Source of the DNA: an uncultured Muribaculaceae bacterium
Lineage (GTDB): Bacteria; Bacillota_I; Bacilli_A; RF39; UBA660
Assembly (NCBI GenBank): GCA_964650315.1
Contig: CAZYQE010000003.1
Coordinates: forward strand, 15,772 to 79,771
Reading direction: 5' to 3'
Length of the DNA stretch: 64,000 nt
Part shown: one piece after another, positions 57,217 through 64,000 of the stretch
How the letters are laid out: each line of letters opens with the position of its first letter
Position numbering within the stretch: the first letter of the stretch is position 1
Notes under the pieces: generated by a model
Told to the model about the DNA's origin: nothing
The model's input: the letters and a program-made list of their open reading frames with translations, nothing else
The model's database searches: none
Translations under genes and position numbers: made by a program

Positions 57217-57570
57217 ACAATAATATAAATAAGCCATGTTCTGTACCCTTACGGGCGACAAACATTTATCTACTGAATATCAGTTCCTAACTCCATTCAT
57301 TTCTTTCGTTAGAATTCCCCTACCAAATTTGGGTTTCTCGCTTGCGGGGTTTACCACGTTTCACTTTTTAGTTTCCTAAAACATCGTCACTGCGGCACTT
57401 TTACAGATTAAATCATATCCGAAGACTTAGATTATCATCAGCCGTTAGATTTCTCTACCTTAGGTTATTTTTTTCCCTAAGCACAAACACTACGTTCATC
57501 TCAGAACCGTGCGAGCATGGACTTTCCTCTAGCATTAAAAAATACCAGCGTTTGTCTATATATTAATTGT
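57217..57570 (-). ncRNA. rnpB: RNase P RNA (Bacillus-like type B)
   Basis: The reverse complement reads ...GCUAGAGGAAAGUCCAUGCUCGCACGGUUCUGAGAUGAACGUAGUGUUUGUGC..., GUCUUCGGAUAUG, AAAGUGCCGCAGUGACG, GGUAAACCCCGCAAGCGAGAAACCCAAAUUUGGUAGGGGAA and ACAGAACAUGGCUUA. This nearly matches B. subtilis rnpB as I recall it. The ends are inferred from P1 pairing (ACAAUUAAUAUA / UAUAUUAUUGU) and are good to about 10 nt. Confidence 0.9.
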
Positions 57571-57901
57571 CTTTATTTATCGCTCCATAAACCATTTTTT
57601 CAAGTTGAGAAAGACGTCTTAAAATATCGACATTAGTAACTTCAGGAACATCATTACTTTCTTTAGCAACTTCCATATTCATTTTAGAGTTTCTAAGTTC
57701 TTGTTTTAAACTCATAATTTCTCCAAGTAAATCAGCTTTTTCTTTCTCTAAATTATTAATAATATTTAGAAATTGTTCATAATCATTAATAACTATATCT
57801 AAAAATTGATCCACTTCTTTTAAACGATACCCTCTAGTATCGATTTTAAATTCTTTCTCTAAAATATCTTGTGGCATAAGTGCAATCTTATTTTGATACA
57901 T
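57563..57901 (-). CDS. gpsB: Cell-division/elongation adaptor GpsB (DivIVA N-terminal domain family)
   Basis: ILEKEFKIDTRGYRLKEVDQFLDIVINDYEQ followed by a coiled coil. 112 aa. Confidence 0.85.
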   Translation of the reverse strand: MYQNKIALMPQDILEKEFKIDTRGYRLKEVDQFLDIVINDYEQFLNIINNLEKEKADLLGEIMSLKQELRNSKMNMEVAKESNDVPEVTNVDILRRLSQLEKMVYGAINKDN

Positions 57902-58194
57902 TATATCACCAATCCCTTACATTAGTATTATGTCATTAAAGACTTTGTTTGTCAATTACTTAACCTACTAATTTCACTTTTAATACTAGCTATTCTAACA
58001 TCATCAATCATAAAATTTAACAATCTAATAATCTCAAAATTATTCATAAATATGTCCTTTCTTATATAGACTATAAACTATTTAATAATAAAAATCATAA
58101 AACCGACAAAACTAGAAAAATTTTTTATATTAAATTAACTATAAAATATAGAAAAAAAATAAAAGTTATAGTATAATTAAGAATAGGTGATGAA

Positions 58195-58764
58195 ATGAAA
58201 TATCCTGGTGGTATAAAGAAGATAAAAACTATATCAAATATTAGTTATAAAAATAGAGGTATGAGTCTAGAAAGCGACCTTAATGAGACTAATGATTATT
58301 ATAGAGATATAGACAAAGCATACATATATAAAAAACCAACACCAATAAAGATAACTAAGGTAGATTATCCATCAAGAGATAGAACTGTAATAAAGGAAGC
58401 ATTTTTTACTATTCCTTCTACTACAGATTACAATGGATTATATAAAGGAAAATATATAGACTTTGAAGCCAAAGAAACTAAAAGTAAATCATCATTTCCT
58501 TTAGCAAACATTCATCCACACCAAATAGAACATATAAGAAATATATTTAATCATGGAGGAATTGTCTTTTTAATAGTTAGATTTACTACTTTAAATAAAA
58601 CATTTTTATTATTAGGAAAAGACTTTTTATATTTTATAGATAACAATACTAGAAAATCTATTCCTATAGATTACTTTGAAGATAAAGCCTATTTAATAAA
58701 AGATAATTATAATCCTAGAGTAGATTATTTAAAAATAATTGATAATATTATTGGAGGTAAATAA
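58195..58764 (+). CDS. recU: Holliday junction resolvase RecU
   Basis: NRGMSLESDLNETNDYY...DFEAKET. It lies immediately upstream of ponA, as in Bacillus. Confidence 0.9.
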   Translation: MKYPGGIKKIKTISNISYKNRGMSLESDLNETNDYYRDIDKAYIYKKPTPIKITKVDYPSRDRTVIKEAFFTIPSTTDYNGLYKGKYIDFEAKETKSKSSFPLANIHPHQIEHIRNIFNHGGIVFLIVRFTTLNKTFLLLGKDFLYFIDNNTRKSIPIDYFEDKAYLIKDNYNPRVDYLKIIDNIIGGK

Positions 58765-58765
58765 A

Positions 58766-61402
58766 ATGGGGAAAAGAGTTAGAAGAAGATCATCAAATAC
58801 TAGGTCAAAAGCTAAAACTAAACAAGAACAAAATATGGAAATATTATGCTGGATAGGTTTTGTAGCCTTAATGCTGTTATGTTTCTTAAAATTAGGATTA
58901 TTCTTTACTATCATTACAGGTATAGGAATAGGAATAATTGTCTATGTTGCACATCTATTAAAGAAATATAAGAACGACAAAAAGAAAAAGAAAGCACTTA
59001 ATATATTCTTAATAGTAGTATTGAGTTTAGGAATAATAGGACTGGTACTTTTAGCAACCTTCTTAATGTTTGTAACTATAAGTGCTCCAAAATTTGATAC
59101 ATCTAAATTAAATACGAGCGAAGTTACAATCATTTATGACAAAAACAAAAAACAAGTTGCTAAACTAGGTTCAGAAATGAGAGAAAAAGTTACTTATGAT
59201 GAACTACCTCAAGTATTAGTTGATGCCATTGTTGCAACAGAAGATTCTAGATTCTTCCAACATAATGGATTTGATGCAGCAAGATTCTTAAAAGCATCTG
59301 CAGGACAACTTGGGGGACATAGTGATGCTGGTGGAGCATCTACTTTATCAATGCAAGTTATTAAAAACAGTTTTACATCTACAGAATCAACTGGTGTTAA
59401 AGGTGTTATACGTAAGTTTACTGATATATATCTAGCAGTATTTAAACTAGAAAAGAAATATAGTAAAGAAGAAATATTAGAATTTTATGTTAATAACCAT
59501 TTCTTAGGTGGAAATATATATGGAGTTCAAGAAGCTTCTAAGGCATACTTTAATAAAAATGTTAGTGAATTAAATTTAAGTGAGGCAGCTGTATTAGCAG
59601 GAATGTTTAAATCTCCTAACTACTATAGACCAAATGCTAATCCTAAGAATGCTACAGAAAGAAGAAAAACAGTTTTATACTTAATGAGAAAACATGGATA
59701 TATAACTAAAGATGAAGAAAAAGCAGCTAATGAAGTACCAATAGAAACTTTAACAAGTGAAGCCAAAGAAGAAAAAGAAAATAAATATCAAGGATATATA
59801 GATACAGTTATAGAAGAAGTTAAAGAAAAATATCAAGTTAATGCTTATACTACTCCACTTCTTATCTATACTAATATGGATCCTGATAAACAAGATGCTG
59901 TTAATTCAGTATTAAATGGAGAAAATTATAATTGGATTGATGATAAAGTACAAACTGGTGTATCAGTATTAGATTCTGATACAGGTAAAATACTAGCAAT
60001 TGGTAGTGGTCGTAATAGAAAAGGTGTTAATAGTTACAACTATGCTACACAAATTAAGAGACAACCAGGATCAAGTGCTAAACCATTATTTGATTATGGA
60101 CCTGGTATAGAATATAATTATTGGTCAACAGCTCAAATATTTGACGATTCACCATATCATTATTCAAACGGAAAACCTATTAGAAACTGGGACCGTGGAT
60201 ACTTTGGAAAGATATCTTTGAGAAGAGCGCTATCTGCATCACGTAACATTCCAGCCCTTAAAGCATTCCAACAAGTTGATAAGAAAAAGATATTAAACTT
60301 TGTTACTAATTTAGGAATTCAACCTGAAGTATGCGCTAATGGTTATGAATATGATATTGAAAGAAAAACATGCGTAAGCACTAATAATTCTCATAATACT
60401 AAAGAACCTTACTCTCTACATGAGGCACATTCAATTGGAGCCTTTACTGGAGTTAGTCCATTACAAATGAGTGCTGCATATGCAGGATTCTCTAATGGTG
60501 GATATTATAATGAACCTTATAGTGTTAAGAAAATAGTATTTAGAGATAATGGTACTAGTAAAGTACACAAAACTAATAGAAAGAAAGTTATGTCTGATGC
60601 AACTGCATTTATGATATCAAACGTATTACAAGATGTTAAATTAACTGGTGGTACACCAAATAATGTTGCTTGTAAGACAGGTACTACAAACTATGATTCA
60701 TATACAATGGATAGAAACAATCTACCTGGAGATGCAATTAGAGATTCTTGGGTAATTGGATATTCTACTAAAACAGTTATAGGTATGTGGTACGGTTATG
60801 ACTTTATAGATAGCCAGTATTGTTTAAGAAACTTACCTGCTACTATGCAAAAAGATAGATTATTTAATGCTTTAGTTTCATCTGGAGCTATGGAAAGTAA
60901 GAGAACAGCATTTAAACAACCATCTAGTGTTGTTAAACTACCTGTTGTCCCTGGATCTAATCCACCTAGAATTGCTGCTGGTGGAGGAAACTATGAATAC
61001 TTTAGAAAAGGTCATGAGCCTGATGGTAAAGCTCAAGCAGAAGATAAATTATCATCACCATCTGGACTTAGTGCTACATACAATGGAAGTAATCAAGTTA
61101 CAATAAGATGGAATGCTGTATCACCATTAAAAGATGCTGATTCTAGCTATGGTGAATTTGGATATAATGTTTACTTTGGTTCACAACTATTAGGATTTAC
61201 TAATAGAACAAGTTATACATATTCTGTAGGTTCTGGATCTCCATATGGAGTATATAAAGTAATTGCAACTTATAAGAGTTATAGTGGTGTTCAAAGTCCT
61301 GCTGCTACGTATACATTAAAACAACCAGCAACAGAAACACCAACACCAACAGTAACACCAACACCAACGACAACACCTCCAGAAGAAGATCCTAAAGAAT
61401 AA
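58766..61402 (+). CDS. ponA: Class A penicillin-binding protein (glycosyltransferase plus transpeptidase) with a C-terminal FnIII-like domain and Pro/Thr-rich tail
   Basis: GT51 motifs EDSRFFQHNGFD and RKFTD. Transpeptidase motifs SSAKP (SxxK) and KTGTT. The ATG at 58766 follows GGAGGT and lies 1 nt after the recU stop. Confidence 0.9.
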   Translation: MGKRVRRRSSNTRSKAKTKQEQNMEILCWIGFVALMLLCFLKLGLFFTIITGIGIGIIVYVAHLLKKYKNDKKKKKALNIFLIVVLSLGIIGLVLLATFLMFVTISAPKFDTSKLNTSEVTIIYDKNKKQVAKLGSEMREKVTYDELPQVLVDAIVATEDSRFFQHNGFDAARFLKASAGQLGGHSDAGGASTLSMQVIKNSFTSTESTGVKGVIRKFTDIYLAVFKLEKKYSKEEILEFYVNNHFLGGNIYGVQEASKAYFNKNVSELNLSEAAVLAGMFKSPNYYRPNANPKNATERRKTVLYLMRKHGYITKDEEKAANEVPIETLTSEAKEEKENKYQGYIDTVIEEVKEKYQVNAYTTPLLIYTNMDPDKQDAVNSVLNGENYNWIDDKVQTGVSVLDSDTGKILAIGSGRNRKGVNSYNYATQIKRQPGSSAKPLFDYGPGIEYNYWSTAQIFDDSPYHYSNGKPIRNWDRGYFGKISLRRALSASRNIPALKAFQQVDKKKILNFVTNLGIQPEVCANGYEYDIERKTCVSTNNSHNTKEPYSLHEAHSIGAFTGVSPLQMSAAYAGFSNGGYYNEPYSVKKIVFRDNGTSKVHKTNRKKVMSDATAFMISNVLQDVKLTGGTPNNVACKTGTTNYDSYTMDRNNLPGDAIRDSWVIGYSTKTVIGMWYGYDFIDSQYCLRNLPATMQKDRLFNALVSSGAMESKRTAFKQPSSVVKLPVVPGSNPPRIAAGGGNYEYFRKGHEPDGKAQAEDKLSSPSGLSATYNGSNQVTIRWNAVSPLKDADSSYGEFGYNVYFGSQLLGFTNRTSYTYSVGSGSPYGVYKVIATYKSYSGVQSPAATYTLKQPATETPTPTVTPTPTTTPPEEDPKE

Positions 61403-61410
61403 AATAAAAA

Positions 61411-61434
61411 TAGAGTTAATACTCTATTTTTTTT
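61411..61434. terminator. Bidirectional terminator between ponA and srtB
   Basis: TAGAGT-TAAT-ACTCTA followed by TTTTTTTT. Confidence 0.55.
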
Positions 61435-62128
61435 CTGCCTTAATTGCATGTACTACTAATCTATAATCATTATTAATTGTACAAGTAGATAACGTTATTA
61501 TATTCTCTCCAACTGATTCTGTATTAAAATTATATATACTTCTAGATTTTAACTTATTAATAAATCTATCATAACTATCCACTTTAGTCTTTAAATAATA
61601 AGTATCATCTTTTACTTTATAAATAGAAAATATCTTATAAATACTTTTATCTTTATCAGTAATAAACTCTATATATAAATTATCTTTATTATTAAACCAA
61701 TCTTTATTTAATAATTTCTTTAAATGTCCAAACATAATACCATCTAATCTATTATGTCCATACATTACAATATTATTATCACTACCATCTAATCTATTAC
61801 GATAATCCATAAATATCCATCCAGCATTACTATCCTTTCTTCTAAAAGAATGATTTAAATAATAATCATTATTATTAGTTTTAACTACTGGATAATCTAT
61901 AGAAGTATTAGGTACCTTAATCCACCCTACTACATCTTTATTAATTTTTTTTAATTCCTTAAAATTAATATTTTTCTTTTTATTAATAACTTCTTCTTTA
62001 ATATCATGAATTTCTTTATTAGAAATCTTTTTTTCATTACTCCATTTAAAAATACTAAGTAAAGAAAAAAGAATAATTCCTATAAAAAAAGCTTCTACTA
62101 ATAATATTATTATATTTCTTCTTTTCAT
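61424..62128 (-). CDS. srtB: Class B sortase
   Basis: Motifs VVGWIKVPNTSIDYPVV, DYYLNHSF, MYGHN, LSTC and RLVVHA. Confidence 0.85.
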   Translation of the reverse strand: MKRRNIIILLVEAFFIGIILFSLLSIFKWSNEKKISNKEIHDIKEEVINKKKNINFKELKKINKDVVGWIKVPNTSIDYPVVKTNNNDYYLNHSFRRKDSNAGWIFMDYRNRLDGSDNNIVMYGHNRLDGIMFGHLKKLLNKDWFNNKDNLYIEFITDKDKSIYKIFSIYKVKDDTYYLKTKVDSYDRFINKLKSRSIYNFNTESVGENIITLSTCTINNDYRLVVHAIKAEKK

Positions 62129-62141
62129 AATAACTACTCCA

Positions 62142-62753
62142 TTAATATCTACATATATCTTTTAATTTACAATCATCACAATTAGGTTTTATAGCCTTAC
62201 AATGATATCGTCCAAATAATACTAATTGTAAGTGTATTTTAGCCCATTTATCTTTAGGAAACTTCTTCATAAGCTTCTCTTCTACTTTCTTAACATCATC
62301 CTTCATATAGGCTAATTTAAGACGCTTAGAGACTCTTTCTACGTGAGTATCTACTGCGATAGCAGGATAGTTATAAAACTCACTTAAAAAGACATTAGCA
62401 GTCTTCCTACCTACACCTGGCAATAATACTAAAGATTCCTTGTCTTTAGGAACCTTCCCATCATATTCATTTACTAATATATTAGCTATTTCCTTTAAAT
62501 AAATACTTTTCTTTCTAAAAGATCCGACCGGTCTAATAATATTTTCTAAATCCCTTAAATCTGCATTACTAAGATCTTCTAAAGTCTTATATTTATCAAA
62601 TATTATAGGTGTAACAGTATTTACTCTTTTATCAGTACTTTGAGCACTTAATACAATAGCCATTAATAAACTATAATCATTAAAATATATAAGTTCACAC
62701 TTTGGATTTGGAAATAATTCATCTAAATAATTCATTATTCTATTCATCTTCAT
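62142..62753 (-). CDS. nth: Endonuclease III (DNA glycosylase/AP lyase)
   Basis: HhH-GPD (LPGVGRKTANV) and a 4Fe-4S cluster (CKAIKPNCDDCKLKDIC). The start is uncertain (62753, 62747 or 62771) and overlaps the dnaD end. Confidence 0.9.
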   Translation of the reverse strand: MKMNRIMNYLDELFPNPKCELIYFNDYSLLMAIVLSAQSTDKRVNTVTPIIFDKYKTLEDLSNADLRDLENIIRPVGSFRKKSIYLKEIANILVNEYDGKVPKDKESLVLLPGVGRKTANVFLSEFYNYPAIAVDTHVERVSKRLKLAYMKDDVKKVEEKLMKKFPKDKWAKIHLQLVLFGRYHCKAIKPNCDDCKLKDICRY

Positions 62754-63408
62754 CAAACCAATTCCAATCAACTAAATCCAAATCAACATCACTTTTATCA
62801 TCTTTTTTATTACTTTTTCTCTTCTTTCTATTAGCTTCTACATCTTTAGCAGTCTTAATACCTTTTTTACCCCATTCATATAATATCTTATCAATATATC
62901 TTAAATTAGTTACTCCATTAAAAGTAGCCTCTTTAATAGCTTCTTTTATTAAAGACTCTTTAATATTATTATCTAACCAAGCTTTAATAATTTCATATTC
63001 CATAGGACTCAAAGTTCTACCAAATTCTTTCTCTATAATTTCATAAATATTAGATTTCTTACTATCAGTCTTTTCTTTAGAAACAGACATTAAAGAAATC
63101 TTATTATAAAAATCTTCTAATATAATAACTTCTTCTCTTAATCCTTTATCATTCTTTAATACTTCTACTCTAATAAAATGTTTATTAGTAAGAGTATCTA
63201 TATAACTCATAACCTTTTCTAAATCAACATTTAAATCACTAGAAAACTTATTAGGATCAAACACATATTTATCTCCTAAATTATATAAATACATTAAGAA
63301 TATAAACTCATCAGTCTTTAACTTTAAATCTTTAATTCTTTTAAACATATATAATGGAATTACAATATTCCTATCTTGAAATACTTCTACTAAATTACTC
63401 ATTTCCAT
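62740..63408 (-). CDS. dnaD: DnaD-domain replication initiation/membrane attachment protein
   Basis: C-terminal DnaD/DnaB_2 domain: FGRTLSPMEYEIIKAWLDNN...EAIKEATFNGVTNLRYIDKILYEW. dnaD-nth synteny. Confidence 0.8.
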   Translation of the reverse strand: MEMSNLVEVFQDRNIVIPLYMFKRIKDLKLKTDEFIFLMYLYNLGDKYVFDPNKFSSDLNVDLEKVMSYIDTLTNKHFIRVEVLKNDKGLREEVIILEDFYNKISLMSVSKEKTDSKKSNIYEIIEKEFGRTLSPMEYEIIKAWLDNNIKESLIKEAIKEATFNGVTNLRYIDKILYEWGKKGIKTAKDVEANRKKRKSNKKDDKSDVDLDLVDWNWFDEDE

Positions 63409-63446
63409 AATATCATCTCCAGTAATAATAATTATAATAACATAAA

Positions 63447-64000
63447 TTACTTATAATTACTAATTATATAATACTTCAATACATCATTTTTATTTTCTAT
63501 ATTATTATTTACAACTTCTTTCACTAAATCATTATATATATCACTTAAATACTTACCCGATTCCATATTAAGTATATCCATAATTTCTTCACTAGTAATA
63601 TCTAAATCACTTCTACTATGTATTCCTAAACTATTATAAGCCTCTGTTATCTTTTTCTTATCTAAACCTTTAATATCACACGCAACACTACATACATATA
63701 AACCATATGTATATAAAGTCATATTATCATATTCATTAAGTTCTAATAACTCATTTACTTTCTTAATTAGATCTTTCTCATTATTAGTAAAAGGATATTT
63801 ATCTACTACATTTAAAACACTCCATATACCAATTAAACCACTACTAGGAACTATTTTATCTAAATTAGATAATTCCAAATCTTTATCTAATCCATATTCT
63901 AATAACATTTTCATACCAGATTCAATATTACTACTAGTAAATATCTTATCAAGTTCATCTTTCTTTCTTTTATAAGATATCTTAGTAAGTAAATGTTTAT
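63447..64000 (-). CDS. cca: CCA-adding tRNA nucleotidyltransferase, C-terminal part (5' end lies beyond the window)
   Basis: The frame stays open upstream of the track start at 63914 through to position 64000 (...KHLLTKISYKRKKDELDKIFTSSNIESGMKMLLEYGL...). The helical C-terminal domain pattern fits Firmicute Cca. The call rests on weak similarity and context. Confidence 0.5.
   Translation of the reverse strand, partial: KHLLTKISYKRKKDELDKIFTSSNIESGMKMLLEYGLDKDLELSNLDKIVPSSGLIGIWSVLNVVDKYPFTNNEKDLIKKVNELLELNEYDNMTLYTYGLYVCSVACDIKGLDKKKITEAYNSLGIHSRSDLDITSEEIMDILNMESGKYLSDIYNDLVKEVVNNNIENKNDVLKYYIISNYK

Noticed and set aside
57952-58047. 31-aa minus-strand ORF (MNNFEIIRLLNFMIDDVRIASIKSEISRLSN) in the 293-nt gpsB-recU intergenic region
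   Set aside because: It has only a weak AAAGGA SD and no recognisable family. In DNA this AT-rich, an ORF of this length arises easily by chance. Conservation or Ribo-seq evidence would be needed.
1-64000. Mobile elements, prophage, integrative islands, CRISPR-Cas, toxin-antitoxin pairs, tRNA/rRNA genes
   Set aside because: No integrase, transposase, recombinase, phage structural gene, cas gene or TA-like gene pair was recognised in any frame. The only GC-richer structured intergenic segments are accounted for by the T-box leader and RNase P RNA.

Overview
This window is a very AT-rich (roughly 25-30% GC by eye), tightly packed core-chromosome segment of a spore-forming Bacillota genome. Local gene order resembles Bacillus: miaB-ymcA-cotE, rodZ-pgsA...recA...rny, gpsB-rnpB, recU-ponA, dnaD-nth. 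About 60 of roughly 70 genes lie on the minus strand. Recognisable content:
- Window start: nrdD (partial) and a divergent Crp/Fnr regulator.
- tex, then the rpe-rsgA-prkC-prpC-rlmN / fmt / priA block, which lacks def and rsmB.
- rseP-cdsA, khpA-rpsP, and the sporulation genes cotE, cotD and spoVS.
- A T-box-controlled DUF1653-serS pair.
- Two D-Ala-D-Ala carboxypeptidases.
- A four-gene surface operon: thioester-domain adhesin, a Cys-less paralog, a sortase-like gene and a membrane protein.
- pdp, sufCDSUB, hit, prsA, recX, rpoZ, ftsY-ylxM...ffh, RNase J, RNase Y, recA and pgsA.
- RNase P RNA, gpsB, recU, ponA, srtB, nth, dnaD and cca (partial).

I saw no tRNA or rRNA genes, CRISPR array, transposase, integrase or recognisable defence operon.

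The most unusual items are:
- An orphan HerA/DUF87 ATPase that forms its own promoter-to-terminator unit between ylxM and ffh. It carries a long acidic tail with three KPL[VI][DN]IVD motifs.
- The thioester-adhesin operon, whose sortase-like gene lacks the expected catalytic Arg.
- Two unannotated tandem tiny transmembrane ORFs.
- A 600-aa acidic-repeat/coiled-coil protein next to the suf operon.

Several ORF-track starts were moved to downstream ATGs that have Shine-Dalgarno sequences. All calls come from reading the sequence. No searches were run.
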